Below, one piece after another: positions 32,969 to 43,076 of a DNA stretch of 64,000 nt. Under the pieces are notes generated by a model. It had not been told where the DNA came from and searched no databases. It saw only the letters and a list, made by a program, of their open reading frames with translations. This DNA is from a virus. Its lineage: Duplodnaviria > Caudoviricetes. Positions within the stretch are counted from its first letter, which is position 1. Every line of letters starts with the position of its first letter. Made by a program: the position numbers and the translations under genes. The stretch lies in IMG/VR virus record IMGVR_UViG_3300010965_000001, positions 128,001 through 192,000 of that record; one strand, written 5' to 3'.

Positions 32969-33453
32969 TATATTTTCTTCTTGTCTTTAAGTGTTTTCAT
33001 TACAGCGGAATAGTCACGAGTAATTGCTTGTTCCACTACGGGGTCAAGTTGTGTGACGGGTCTACCCTCAATGTCTACTTGTGGAATTCTTGTTTCGGGA
33101 ACCGCAGAACGTCCCATCCTCATTGACGATGCATCACCGTATCCAAACATCGCTGGATTGATTCCTCTTCCTTGAAAATTCTGAGCATCCTTTGAAGTGA
33201 ACTGCATCACACCAGCCTCTTCCATCATCTCTTCCTTTGTCTCATTGAGAATATCCATGAGGGATGGCTTTGCTGGAAGTGGTTTCCGTGGTTGTCGAAC
33301 TTGTTCTTGTAATTTTGCAACATGTACCATGTCTTGCTTAAATGACGTTTGTTGTGTAGGTTGTACTGATTCCTTTAGTAAATTTCTAACTGCGAAAGTT
33401 ACTTCCTCACGAATCATCTTACGTAGTTCTTTTAAAAATGTTTTATCGTCCAT
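32968..33453 (-). CDS. Hypothetical protein
   Basis: ORF track; TATTTATA motif upstream. Confidence 0.6.
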   Translation of the reverse strand: MDDKTFLKELRKMIREEVTFAVRNLLKESVQPTQQTSFKQDMVHVAKLQEQVRQPRKPLPAKPSLMDILNETKEEMMEEAGVMQFTSKDAQNFQGRGINPAMFGYGDASSMRMGRSAVPETRIPQVDIEGRPVTQLDPVVEQAITRDYSAVMKTLKDKKKI

Positions 33454-33488
33454 AATACTCCTTCGTTTCTATATAAATATAAGGATAC

Positions 33489-34730
33489 TTATAAAGTAAA
33501 CGTTGTTTTACTTGAAAATACCGTTGAATTGTCTTTCTTTGATAATAGTGATTTTAACTGTCTTAACTGCGTGTCTGTGCCTGGTATGAGTGTACCATAA
33601 TTGTCGTATTTCAGTGACAATATTGCATCAATCATTGATTTTAGAAAATTCATCATATCGTATCCCTTTACCACAGGTTGACCAGATGCTTTTGCACGTT
33701 CACCCAAATTGATAACACTTCCATGAACTTCTAACGTATTTTGGGTTTTAAAATATATGTTTTTGTTGGATAACCCTATCAAATTATTGTAACTTGACAA
33801 TACAATGTCAGATGCCTTTGAATTGAAAATCAATCTATCCGAATTTAATATAATTAAATTATCATTATATTCCGATGGTAACTTTACATCAGATGGAATG
33901 TTATTTTTTATCGCAGACAGCAAGAATGGTAAAGTTATACCATTTGGACCACCTTGTGATATTAATATAGTAGATGGGTCATGTTGAATATCTTCTATTG
34001 TATAAAACTGTGAAATGTTTGATTTGCCTGCACCAATGACAATGTATGGATTACCACCTACCGTATCTGACTTGGAGTATATCCACTTAGAGTTTGGGAT
34101 TAGTTGTGAATAGTTTGGGTTGCCGAAAGTAATCTTCTTTGGAATTGCACTACCAAACCGAATCGACTGTCCAGATCGTCCCTCATAAATCAAATCTCCT
34201 TCAAACATCACAGAACGTTTGTCGGACTCTTGTTTATATTCAAAATATTTACCAACGTAAAATACTTTTGAATTTATACTCGATGGTATTCCTTTTATTT
34301 TTTCAATGTCTATCCCATGTTTCCGTAAATCTTCCACCGATGCCACAATTAAGTCGGCAAATCCTTGGTCATTCATATGAACCGAATAATTCCAACTAAG
34401 TGGTTCATAAAAACTACTAAAAAGTGGTGTGGGGTTTCCAGCAACCGTAACAGGATTTTTCAATAATCGGTGATTTCGGAATGTAACAATTTCACCTGGT
34501 AAAGGATTACTACGAAGGTTCATGTTCGAAGGCATCGCCTCAACTATAACCTTACTAAATAATCCATACGCACGAATTTTGTCAACACTTCCACTAAATT
34601 CAGTATCAAGCACGATGGCTGGTTCTATCTCGTAGAAGTAATTCATTTTCTCTACAATGGATGAACCAACTTCATATCCAGATGGATTGACGATGTTTGA
34701 ATTTTGAGATGTAGTTTCGGTGTATGCCAT
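33489..34730 (-). CDS. Baseplate hub/spike protein (gp5-like)
   Basis: PLPGEIV, GDLIYEGRSGQSIRFGS and C-term GQPVVKG motifs; next to gp25/gp6. Confidence 0.6.
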   Translation of the reverse strand: MAYTETTSQNSNIVNPSGYEVGSSIVEKMNYFYEIEPAIVLDTEFSGSVDKIRAYGLFSKVIVEAMPSNMNLRSNPLPGEIVTFRNHRLLKNPVTVAGNPTPLFSSFYEPLSWNYSVHMNDQGFADLIVASVEDLRKHGIDIEKIKGIPSSINSKVFYVGKYFEYKQESDKRSVMFEGDLIYEGRSGQSIRFGSAIPKKITFGNPNYSQLIPNSKWIYSKSDTVGGNPYIVIGAGKSNISQFYTIEDIQHDPSTILISQGGPNGITLPFLLSAIKNNIPSDVKLPSEYNDNLIILNSDRLIFNSKASDIVLSSYNNLIGLSNKNIYFKTQNTLEVHGSVINLGERAKASGQPVVKGYDMMNFLKSMIDAILSLKYDNYGTLIPGTDTQLRQLKSLLSKKDNSTVFSSKTTFTL

Positions 34731-35104
34731 TATGCGCTAGTCCCAATTTGTCCACTATCTTGCATTACCTTATCGTAGTAATTTTCCGCTTCCTTAATCA
34801 ACTGTCTCTTCTCTTCTTCAGTGATGAGTGTTTCGTCTCCACCCTTTGACGTTGCCGCGGCCGCAAGGCGCTGGACGATTACGGCAAGTTTAATGAGATG
34901 TTCATCATTCTTGACGGAAACGTCCATGTATTCTTTGATAATGGGGACAAGCATTGCGGCATCACCAATATTCTTGATGAAAGGGCGTAGGTCTTCGATT
35001 AGACTGTGAATACGTTCACGTTTGTCTACCGAATTAGTGTATATCTCTTTGAAGAGGTCAGCAAGAGTCTTGCCCGAAAAAACTTCAATTTCATTAATAT
35101 CCAT
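34730..35104 (-). CDS. Conserved phage hypothetical protein
   Basis: ORF track; RBS GGAG upstream. Confidence 0.6.
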   Translation of the reverse strand: MDINEIEVFSGKTLADLFKEIYTNSVDKRERIHSLIEDLRPFIKNIGDAAMLVPIIKEYMDVSVKNDEHLIKLAVIVQRLAAAATSKGGDETLITEEEKRQLIKEAENYYDKVMQDSGQIGTSA

Positions 35105-35157
35105 ATAGTTCTCCTTATATGAATAAATATTAAAATTAAAGTTTTTTCAGGCGCTTT

Positions 35158-35868
35158 TTACTCATATATGAAGAAGTTTTCCGATTGAATATCACCTGTA
35201 TTTTGGAACTCATAATGTGCTTTAACATATGATGACTTAAGAGTGTTGATAACTTTGGTTATCTGTTGGGTTTTGGCTCCCGTCATCTCCCTTAGTTGTA
35301 GATACAATGCCTTCTTATTGAAGTTTTCAATTGAATCTATACTCCTAAACAACTGTAACACACAGTCGGCAATTGTGATGTCCCTTTTATGTTTAAATAT
35401 GAATGGAAGTCTTCCTTCCAAATAGGGAACCATCCTTTGGATAAGTTCCTTGTTGTATAAACCTGTATCTGTTTCGGTTTCCTCCGTTGCGAAATCTCGT
35501 TCAGCATCAATGACATCAAGTGTATTGTGAATCTTAAGTTTCTTGTAGTTATTGTTATTATGAAGTATCAAATAGTTCTTTGCTACGATACTAAAATAAG
35601 AGAAAGCCTTACCCTTGTCTTGGTTATACTTTTCAATATTGATTAACATAAATGCGACAACTTCATGCTTCAAGTCGGTGAAGGACATATCGAAGTATTG
35701 AAACTTAAACGTGTTTATAATATTTTCTGCCAATTTGTCGAACGCGTATTCAATACCTTCTTTATATATCTGATTCTTTTTTATTTTATCTTTTTCTTTT
35801 ACGTACTCTACAATAGCATTTTCTGTATCCTGCGTAAAATAATTTTTACTCTTCTTTTTTATCAACAT
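35158..35868 (-). CDS. Phage RNA polymerase sigma factor (T4 gp55-like late sigma)
   Basis: NYFT...KLAENII..F...KYNQDKGKAFSYFSIVAKNY, region-2-like motif. Confidence 0.75.
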   Translation of the reverse strand: MLIKKKSKNYFTQDTENAIVEYVKEKDKIKKNQIYKEGIEYAFDKLAENIINTFKFQYFDMSFTDLKHEVVAFMLINIEKYNQDKGKAFSYFSIVAKNYLILHNNNNYKKLKIHNTLDVIDAERDFATEETETDTGLYNKELIQRMVPYLEGRLPFIFKHKRDITIADCVLQLFRSIDSIENFNKKALYLQLREMTGAKTQQITKVINTLKSSYVKAHYEFQNTGDIQSENFFIYE

Positions 35869-36139
35869 AATTCACATTAAAAACTTGCAATTGAGAAATG
35901 ACCAATTTAATTGTTTTGAATGCGAAACCGACTTCATCGTCAGCCGCAAACACGCCTCGGTTATCAATTTCGGTCAACTGTGAATCTATTGTAGAAAGAC
36001 TGTTCGAAAATTCGCCGATAAAATTTTGTAATAGGAGAACTCTTTCTTCCAACTTTTCATTTTTTTTCAGCATGTTAATGCAACCAAATACGGCGGCACC
36101 TAATAATATTAAAAGTAACACGATAATAAACCATTCCAT
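35846..36139 (-). CDS. Small membrane-anchored coiled-coil protein
   Basis: Hydrophobic N-terminus. Confidence 0.55.
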   Translation of the reverse strand: MEWFIIVLLLILLGAAVFGCINMLKKNEKLEERVLLLQNFIGEFSNSLSTIDSQLTEIDNRGVFAADDEVGFAFKTIKLVISQLQVFNVNYVDKKEE

Positions 36140-36148
36140 AACGACTCC

Positions 36149-36937
36149 TTATTTTCTGAACAAGTCTTCAAATATTTGCTGACCGTTCGTTGTTCCAGTC
36201 TTGTTTACGATTTGTGAAATCTTTTCAAGATTTTGTTTCTTGTGCATGACAACAGGTTCATCTTTACCTTTTTGAACCATTCCAATAAGTGATTTGGATG
36301 TAGCCCATCGTTCATATTCCAAACGAGTTGCCGTCATGTCAGCGTGATGTAAAATGTGAACGATGTTAGTCTTGACGATTTGCTCAGGATAACTTGTCTT
36401 GAGATATTTGCCATTCTCTTCATCGTACATTCCATCGGTACACTTGATACCAATAAATTCTGTCTCAGTATACTTGATACCAAAATATTGAAGTATGAAG
36501 AATGTTCTATCGGCAGTAGACATGTTAATGATTTTGGGATTGTACGAATACATCTTCCCTTGATGCTCTCTGTGCCACTGCGAATCATTTGGAATGTAAA
36601 ACTCTTCATCGACACTTCCAAGTTTACCTAAATCGTGATGCATAGCACAAAAAATCAGTGTCTCTTTAGTGAAATTAAAGACGGCACCGTTTCGTTCCCA
36701 CACATCAAACAACTGTAAACTTAAATCGATAACACGTAAAACATGGTCAATGTATCCACCAGGAAATGCATTATGATAATGTTCGATACTTGAAGCAGGT
36801 GCCATTACGGCTCTTTCCTCAAAGTGTTCGTACATTTTGTTTAACAAATCACGTTTTTCACCAGTGAATGTTGTATTGATTATTTCTTTTAACTTTTCCC
36901 AATTTTCTACAAGTTTCGTGTCTGATAACATAACCAT
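36149..36937 (-). CDS. HD-domain phosphohydrolase (YhaM-like)
   Basis: APAS..HYHNAFPGGYIDH..HHDLGK..HHADM. Confidence 0.8.
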   Translation of the reverse strand: MVMLSDTKLVENWEKLKEIINTTFTGEKRDLLNKMYEHFEERAVMAPASSIEHYHNAFPGGYIDHVLRVIDLSLQLFDVWERNGAVFNFTKETLIFCAMHHDLGKLGSVDEEFYIPNDSQWHREHQGKMYSYNPKIINMSTADRTFFILQYFGIKYTETEFIGIKCTDGMYDEENGKYLKTSYPEQIVKTNIVHILHHADMTATRLEYERWATSKSLIGMVQKGKDEPVVMHKKQNLEKISQIVNKTGTTNGQQIFEDLFRK

Positions 36938-36945
36938 TTCTCCTT

Positions 36946-37512
36946 TTACTGATTGATATATCTCTTGTAAACTACTCTTGCATATTTATTAAACTGTCTT
37001 TTGTGTTTGTTGAAACTACCCTCACCTGTATTGTATGCTGTAAGGGTTGCCATCCAAATAGAATCTTGTGATGTATACTCCTGTGAATACTTGTCATACA
37101 ATAATTTTATAAATTTGGTCGCAGTCGCAACGTTGAATTGAATGTCGTACTTTAACTTTTTTCCCGTAACGGCGATTGAAGAATCTTTCCACAACGACTT
37201 TGCGGTATTCAATTTTATCTGTCCAACACCGTATGAAGTTCCACCGTCACCAACAACATTCGCACTGTATGAGGTATCACCCAACTGCCATCGGCTCTCT
37301 TCATAAAAAACCGATTCCATAATTCCGCGTGGGACTTGATACATCACCGAATATATTCCAGTCCAATAATTAACGCTATCGGCGTGTGTAACCAAAACAA
37401 CGGCTGGTGCGGGCATGGGCACGGCAGCAGGATTGTTTAACTTTTTTACACCATAAACTGCAACACTTCCCAAAAATAATATAACAATTGCTCTGATTAA
37501 AAGGCTTCTCAT
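36946..37512 (-). CDS. Lytic transglycosylase (SLT family) with signal anchor
   Basis: ESRW..SYGVGQI..NV..ATKFI..AYNTG. Confidence 0.8.
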   Translation of the reverse strand: MRSLLIRAIVILFLGSVAVYGVKKLNNPAAVPMPAPAVVLVTHADSVNYWTGIYSVMYQVPRGIMESVFYEESRWQLGDTSYSANVVGDGGTSYGVGQIKLNTAKSLWKDSSIAVTGKKLKYDIQFNVATATKFIKLLYDKYSQEYTSQDSIWMATLTAYNTGEGSFNKHKRQFNKYARVVYKRYINQ

Positions 37513-37526
37513 ACAACTTCCCCCAT

Positions 37527-37733
37527 TTATTGAATAAAGATTTCCGTTGATAAATCCAACGGAATATATGTTTCATCGTCCTCATCTGTGGACTCAATAG
37601 ATGATAATTCGATGTCACTGATTATTTCATTTAGAAGTTGTAGACTTTCTTCCAAATATTCGTGATTGTACTCGGAGAGCACCACTTGAATTAAGTTTTC
37701 TACTTTATATAATATGTCTAAGTTATTTTCCAT
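37527..37733 (-). CDS. Small acidic hypothetical protein
   Basis: ORF track, gene-dense context. Confidence 0.5.
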   Translation of the reverse strand: MENNLDILYKVENLIQVVLSEYNHEYLEESLQLLNEIISDIELSSIESTDEDDETYIPLDLSTEIFIQ

Positions 37734-37752
37734 AATATATAAGTATTATAAA

Positions 37753-38127
37753 TTATTTAATTTCATTTAGTTTCTCCTGAAACTCGCGAACTTTGTCATT
37801 CACTCGCTTTATTATGTTTTTGTTATATTCCAATTTTTTCCCATCAGATGTTTGTTGATTCTTGTTGAATACTTCGTAAAACACCGCATCAATTTCTTGT
37901 CTAAACTGCTCACGGTCAACACCAATCCCCGAGAGATACTGTTCATAGACAAACATCGATGCCATTACATAATTTAATGTGTTGGTTGTAATGTTCATCA
38001 ACTTGGTATATTCAGTATCTCTCAGTTCCAATGTGTGAAGACGGTTATTCAATTCGTCAATTACTTTTGCTATGCCTACAATGTCTTCATCCACTTCATC
38101 TGCTCTTGTTACCTTTTTCTTTGCCAT
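37753..38127 (-). CDS. Hypothetical protein
   Basis: ORF track. Confidence 0.55.
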   Translation of the reverse strand: MAKKKVTRADEVDEDIVGIAKVIDELNNRLHTLELRDTEYTKLMNITTNTLNYVMASMFVYEQYLSGIGVDREQFRQEIDAVFYEVFNKNQQTSDGKKLEYNKNIIKRVNDKVREFQEKLNEIK

Positions 38128-38433
38128 TTACTTCTCCGATTGAGATTCATCTCTCTTGTTAATATCGTCAACCGAGATGTTCATTCTTGTCAACAAATCA
38201 CGCAACGGCTTTTGAACATCGTCTTGTATATAAATAGTCTTATCTTTTTCTACAACGTCCAAATTTACCAAATACTGAACAACAAAATCATAATGGTCTA
38301 ATGTCTGTAGAAACTCTTCCGCTGAATAATTCTTCTGTTGTAACTCAACTGACCTCTTCAGAGTCTTGAAGACTTCGACTAAGATAATTACTGCCCAACC
38401 ATCTATTGTATAATGTTTATTATTGTCTATCAT
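38128..38433 (-). CDS. Hypothetical protein
   Basis: ORF track. Confidence 0.55.
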   Translation of the reverse strand: MIDNNKHYTIDGWAVIILVEVFKTLKRSVELQQKNYSAEEFLQTLDHYDFVVQYLVNLDVVEKDKTIYIQDDVQKPLRDLLTRMNISVDDINKRDESQSEK

Positions 38434-38442
38434 GTGGTTTCC

Positions 38443-38901
38443 TTATTCGAAAAATTGTTCAACGTGCTCAGCGCGCGCGTCTTCTTGTGCTTTCTTTTCT
38501 TTCTTCTTCTTCACTTTGTCCTTCTTATCCATCTTCTTCTCATACTTCGCAGCAAGTTTCTTTTCCTTTGCAATACGAGCCTGCTCCTTGTGATACTTTG
38601 AGATTTTAGGTTTGGCAGTAATAACGGTGGCATCCAACGTTCCCTTCAAGGATTCGTCTTCCACACCACTTATATAAACTCGTCCATCCGTATGGACAAA
38701 TTGTTTGTACAATTTCCATCCACGCGGGAATCCAGAAGATTCTTTCACTGCCTTAACAGTTACCTTCCCACCATAATGTGAGCAACATGTTGAACAAATC
38801 ACACCAACCGATTCACTGTCAACATTTTTTACTGTCTTGCCGCATTGCGAACAATTCAATTTCTTGATGCTGTGTATAGTAAGTGTAAATTTCTTTTTCA
38901 T
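38443..38901 (-). CDS. Zn-finger protein with Lys-rich C-terminus
   Basis: Start moved to MKKKFTL (38901); CSQC..CSTC. Confidence 0.6.
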   Translation of the reverse strand: MKKKFTLTIHSIKKLNCSQCGKTVKNVDSESVGVICSTCCSHYGGKVTVKAVKESSGFPRGWKLYKQFVHTDGRVYISGVEDESLKGTLDATVITAKPKISKYHKEQARIAKEKKLAAKYEKKMDKKDKVKKKKEKKAQEDARAEHVEQFFE

Positions 38902-38902
38902 G

Positions 38903-39388
38903 TTAGGCTCCTGTGCTTCCAAAACCATCCGCACCACGGGTTGTTTCAGATAATGAAGTAACGATTTCCACGTTGATTGGTTCAAGTGTTGCGGCGACAA
39001 TTTGTAACAGTCGCGTTCCACCTTTTATAAAATATTCTTCGTCTGAATTATTAAACAACTTCCCCATAATTTCTCCACGATACATCGAATCAATGATGCC
39101 AGGACTGTTTGCCATAAGCAACGGAGTCTTTGTCATGGAACTTCGTGGGACTAAAAAGTACGAATTGAAGTTGGAGTGATATACGCGGGTAAAACTGTCC
39201 TGCACGACTTCTTTCATTTCACATGCGATGTCGTGATGAATAGTTGTAACTTGTCGTGGTGAACAGATTGTATCATTCTGCACGATTAAGTCAAATCCTG
39301 CGTCACCGTGATGAACACCACCCAAAGTTGTATATGGATAATTCACCAATGATGAATCGAGAAGATATTTCACGTAGAGTGTTTTCAT
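38903..39388 (-). CDS. dut: dUTPase (trimeric)
   Basis: GDAGFDL, PRSS, GIIDSMYRGEI, RGADGFGSTG; start MKTLYVK. Confidence 0.95.
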   Translation of the reverse strand: MKTLYVKYLLDSSLVNYPYTTLGGVHHGDAGFDLIVQNDTICSPRQVTTIHHDIACEMKEVVQDSFTRVYHSNFNSYFLVPRSSMTKTPLLMANSPGIIDSMYRGEIMGKLFNNSDEEYFIKGGTRLLQIVAATLEPINVEIVTSLSETTRGADGFGSTGA

Positions 39389-39570
39389 TAACGAGGGCTC
39401 CTGTGTTTGAATTGCTGATAGAAGAATCGTTTGCAATCGACAGTAAGATACAATGTCTCTTTGCCGTTCGTCATTTCAGCAGGTGTAAGATTATAGGTAG
39501 GTGTATTAGACAAGTCGGCGAATTTCGCTTCAATCCATCGTCTAAGTGTTTTTGCTTTTTTCAAGTTCAT
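39388..39570 (-). CDS. Hypothetical protein
   Basis: ORF track; follows sigma70 promoter. Confidence 0.55.
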   Translation of the reverse strand: MNLKKAKTLRRWIEAKFADLSNTPTYNLTPAEMTNGKETLYLTVDCKRFFYQQFKHRSPR

Positions 39571-39597
39571 AGGTATTCCTTTCTATTATGTGTATAT

Positions 39598-39626
39598 AAT
39601 ATAAGGAAAAAATCTATTAAAGTCAA
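39598..39626 (-). promoter_or_regulatory. sigma70-type promoter
   Basis: TTGACT-N17-TATATT. Confidence 0.7.
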
Positions 39627-39629
39627 GTA

Positions 39630-40673
39630 TTAAAAACTTGACGTTTGACTTGGCATAGGATGATATGGTTCTTCGTACTTCTGCTCCAACGCTTTTGCTA
39701 CTTCAGTCTTTTCGACTTTTGGAGTCTCTATGATAGGTTCCAAAGGTGTGTCAATTATCTCCGACATGACATTTTTCGGTCTTTCAGGTGCCGAATCCTT
39801 CCAAAACTTGGTCAGAACCCCATCCCCCGTGGTTTGCACCGCAGGAACGGGCTCTAATTGCGTCTCAGGCGTGAAATTGGCAAAGATTTGACCTCTTTCT
39901 TCCCTGTCGGAAGTCATTGTAATCTTGTTAAATGCGATAATTAACGCAAGTGCAAGGGGGTCAAACACGATAATAAAGAGAATAATCAAATACTGAACTG
40001 CGGTTGTAACGGTGATGTCAAATGCTCGTGCTACGAAGATAATTGGACCGACATCTGAACCTGTATCAATCATTTTGACTTTTGCATCGGAAATTCCTTG
40101 TGAAAGATTTCCAATTTTTTGATTGTTAACAGTTATCTGCTTATCTTTGTCAGAAATTAATGCTTGATAACGTTTCTGTACGCCTGCTCTACGTTGAACA
40201 TCGGAATACCGTGTCTCTTCTTTTATAACAAGACCATTTAATTCTTGTGCTAAATTGCTCTGATAGTCCTTCTTCTCTAATTTAAGAGTTTCATTATCAC
40301 TTTTAATTCGTGTAATTTCATCTTCTTGAAGGGTAAGCGTTGCAATTTCCTTTTCCAATCCTAATGTAGAACCTTGAAAGGCGTTACTTAAAAAGCCGTA
40401 GATACCAATACTTGTAATTAACATTAAGATAAGTAAAGCCGAAACCATATAAGACTTGAAGAGTAAACCTAAATCTTTCCAATATCGATACACATATGAC
40501 GCAGTAATAACCTTTGCGAACTCAAGACTTGATGCCATGATTCCAACATAAATTGCCGCTCCTGCGAACAACTTTGTAAGTCCATATACACTAAAAAAGG
40601 TTGCACAAATTTCTACTATTGCAGCAGACGTTAATAACAATATTGGAAAGTATTTAGTTTTGATATGAACCAT
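39630..40673 (-). CDS. Multi-TM membrane protein with coiled coil
   Basis: Three N-terminal TM segments, coiled coil, C-terminal TM (IIVFDPLALAL). Confidence 0.65.
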   Translation of the reverse strand: MVHIKTKYFPILLLTSAAIVEICATFFSVYGLTKLFAGAAIYVGIMASSLEFAKVITASYVYRYWKDLGLLFKSYMVSALLILMLITSIGIYGFLSNAFQGSTLGLEKEIATLTLQEDEITRIKSDNETLKLEKKDYQSNLAQELNGLVIKEETRYSDVQRRAGVQKRYQALISDKDKQITVNNQKIGNLSQGISDAKVKMIDTGSDVGPIIFVARAFDITVTTAVQYLIILFIIVFDPLALALIIAFNKITMTSDREERGQIFANFTPETQLEPVPAVQTTGDGVLTKFWKDSAPERPKNVMSEIIDTPLEPIIETPKVEKTEVAKALEQKYEEPYHPMPSQTSSF

Positions 40674-40858
40674 TAAACGTTGTCACTTTCCAATTCCATT
40701 CGTTCAAGAATAAACTCAAGTGTCTTACCGATGTTTGCAGTAAGTTGAGCAAGTTCCTGTTGTGTTGCGGGCTTGTTGCCGAGCAATACTTGATGGACTG
40801 TTTCCGTGAGATTCAATGCGGCTTCTAATCGTGATACATATTCCTGTTTGTATTTCAT
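40673..40858 (-). CDS. Hypothetical protein
   Basis: ORF track. Confidence 0.5.
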   Translation of the reverse strand: MKYKQEYVSRLEAALNLTETVHQVLLGNKPATQQELAQLTANIGKTLEFILERMELESDNV

Positions 40859-40882
40859 AATACTGTTCCTTTTAGTTTGTTA

Positions 40883-41461
40883 TTACCATTCTGGATGTGT
40901 TATATGGTTCCAGTACCATTGCCAAGTTCTGTCTTTTCTAAATGCAAAACTGTAATAAAACGTGAAAGTGAAACCTTCAACTGCGTACAAGAATACGTAG
41001 GACAATAAACCATATCCCCACTCCCTCGGTAAAATTAATGCCGCCATAACTGCAGTTGTTACTGTTGCACTTATACATAACGTCCACATCCATTTACACC
41101 AATGCCAAAAATCACACTTGAAAGGATTTCCTGGTGGGAATTTGTAGTTACCACCTATGAACCATTTTTCTGCTGGAGAGTATACACTGCTTTCCATTGT
41201 ATAATCGGTCATTGTTAATTTGTTCGTCCAAAATTTGGATTGCTCAGGTGCGTCTTTTCTAACAGTCTGTGCTCCATCAAACATTCCAAATAAGTGAGTC
41301 AATAATATTGGAAGAAGTACTACAAGTAAATTTGTGATGAAGTTGTAATCTACATATACACCAAAATACAATGTTAAAAACGTTTGGAATGTAGACAGTA
41401 TAATTATTAAACATAATGCCAATGTGACAATAAATTTATATCTATAAACAGTGTTTAACAT
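40883..41461 (-). CDS. Membrane protein
   Basis: Four hydrophobic segments. Confidence 0.55.
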   Translation of the reverse strand: MLNTVYRYKFIVTLALCLIIILSTFQTFLTLYFGVYVDYNFITNLLVVLLPILLTHLFGMFDGAQTVRKDAPEQSKFWTNKLTMTDYTMESSVYSPAEKWFIGGNYKFPPGNPFKCDFWHWCKWMWTLCISATVTTAVMAALILPREWGYGLLSYVFLYAVEGFTFTFYYSFAFRKDRTWQWYWNHITHPEW

Positions 41462-41468
41462 ATGTCTC

Positions 41469-41702
41469 CTAATTAATTGTAGTCTTTGTACCGTACATAA
41501 AATCGTAAATTGTATTTATCTGAGCCAACAACAATGGAAAATATTGTGGGTCATTTGATAATAGATTTTCAACTGTTAATGCAAACACATCGTTCACGTT
41601 TTTATTTGTAATATTTGTATGTGTTATTTGTGGTATTGAATTATTCTTTTCCCATGTAAACGCGATGGTAGCATCGATATTGTCTTTTTTGATTTTTTTC
41701 AT
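41469..41702 (-). CDS. Hypothetical protein
   Basis: ORF track; RBS GGAG. Confidence 0.5.
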   Translation of the reverse strand: MKKIKKDNIDATIAFTWEKNNSIPQITHTNITNKNVNDVFALTVENLLSNDPQYFPLLLAQINTIYDFMYGTKTTIN

Positions 41703-41703
41703 A

Positions 41704-41940
41704 TCATTTTATGAATCTAAGTGGAAACCAAAAACAACGATTGTTTGGTATTATATGAATCTTATATACAATTCTATGTTGTAAAAACCAAATTGAAAAT
41801 AAATACGTCTTGAAATTTGGTATATTCTTTATCTTTGCATAACTAAATGCAGGTAAAAGATACACATTGTATTCACAGGAATTATATTCAATCTTTTCCA
41901 TTACATATTTTATCACCATTATATGTTTTAATCTTCTCAC
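41704..41940 (-). CDS. Hypothetical protein
   Basis: ORF track. Confidence 0.4.
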   Translation of the reverse strand: MRRLKHIMVIKYVMEKIEYNSCEYNVYLLPAFSYAKIKNIPNFKTYLFSIWFLQHRIVYKIHIIPNNRCFWFPLRFIK

Positions 41941-41961
41941 TCATACTACCTCATCTATGTG

Positions 41962-42162
41962 CTACATTTTTGGGATAATTGTTTCGATGACTTCTTGTGC
42001 TTCTGGTATTTTATAACAAAAATGATACACTACATCATTCTTCACCACAATATCATAATCATACTCTTTTCTAATAGCAATGCTATCTTCTTCCGTAATG
42101 ATATTTGTAGGGCGAGAATATGCTACATAATACTTCTCACCATTCAAATCAATAAACTGCAT
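41962..42162 (-). CDS. Hypothetical protein
   Basis: ORF track; RBS GGAGG. Confidence 0.55.
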   Translation of the reverse strand: MQFIDLNGEKYYVAYSRPTNIITEEDSIAIRKEYDYDIVVKNDVVYHFCYKIPEAQEVIETIIPKM

Positions 42163-42172
42163 ATATCCTCCA

Positions 42173-42207
42173 AATAAAAAGGGAGAAGCAGTGATGCGTT
42201 CTCCCTT
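42173..42207 (-). terminator. Rho-independent terminator downstream of tmRNA
   Basis: AAGGGAGAA...TTCTCCCTT followed by TTTATTT. Confidence 0.7.
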
Positions 42208-42374
42208 ATAAATATAACGAATTGTTTGTTTTATGCGTCAAAAACATTGTCTAACCAGTCATAATTAACTTTTTTTGGCGAATTAATATAATAAGCCATT
42301 ACAAGTACTATGACGATTGGACATATGATTGTGGCGATAACTATTGCCGATATTTTTTTCATAAGTTGCCTCGG

Positions 42375-42755
42375 TGGACTAGGAGGGGTTCGAACCCTCG
42401 TGTTGAACAAACACCAATTAAAAGACTACATGCTTAGTTTGATTCTGCGGAACGTCATAAACTTGTAAGAATCTAACAAGATACAAGAAAATCTATTCTG
42501 CTTTTGAATGGTACAGATAAACCATTTGTATCTACAACGTCTTATTTTTTGTTCTGACTAAGGTAAATAAGAACCTTAGGCTGCGTACGCGTATTCGGCG
42601 TTCACTGCTTCACCCATGATGAACGCCATAGCATCATCAAATGTGAATGAAGATTTCTCTTCTGCGTTTATTTGTTTTGCACCTTTTAAAGAGTTTATTG
42701 CTCCCTCTGCATGCCTTCTAATCTATACTTATCCAGTCGATTCCATATCTAGCCC
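42375..42755 (-). ncRNA. ssrA: tmRNA
   Basis: 5' GGGCTAG pairs with 3' CTAGTCC-A with G3-U70; T-arm GGGTTCGAACCC; D-like GAATCGAC; tag frame 42665-42576 AEEKSSFTFDDAMAFIMGEAVNAEYAYAA*. Confidence 0.92.
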
Positions 42756-42764
42756 AAACCGCTG

Positions 42765-43076
42765 TTAGACGATTTCTTCACCAATAAGTGTTGCTGTAAG
42801 ACCTGTTGCTGCAGTTAAGACGGTTGGTAATACAATGTCTTTAACCTTGATTTCAAGTGCAACTGAATACACTGTTGACTGTCCATCAGCCTTTGAACCA
42901 ATTCTAACTAATACAGATGCCAACGTTGCATCAAACAATACAATATTGTCTGCAACATCTTTTAACATATCATCAAATACAACTGAATACGTTACACCAC
43001 CATCAATTGACTGTTCAAGAACCTGTGTATCATTTCCACCAGGAATCCATGCAATATTAAACTTTTTCATCAACAT
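42765..43076 (-). CDS. Hypothetical beta-rich protein
   Basis: Start MLMKKF after GGAGG RBS. Confidence 0.55.
   Translation of the reverse strand: MLMKKFNIAWIPGGNDTQVLEQSIDGGVTYSVVFDDMLKDVADNIVLFDATLASVLVRIGSKADGQSTVYSVALEIKVKDIVLPTVLTAATGLTATLIGEEIV

Noticed and set aside
61-35000. Many plus-strand ORFs of 60-140 aa in the track (e.g. 111-536, 3653-4060, 5333-5698, 8585-8908, 13425-13745)
   Set aside because: Antisense shadows fully inside long minus-strand genes, with no RBS or motifs
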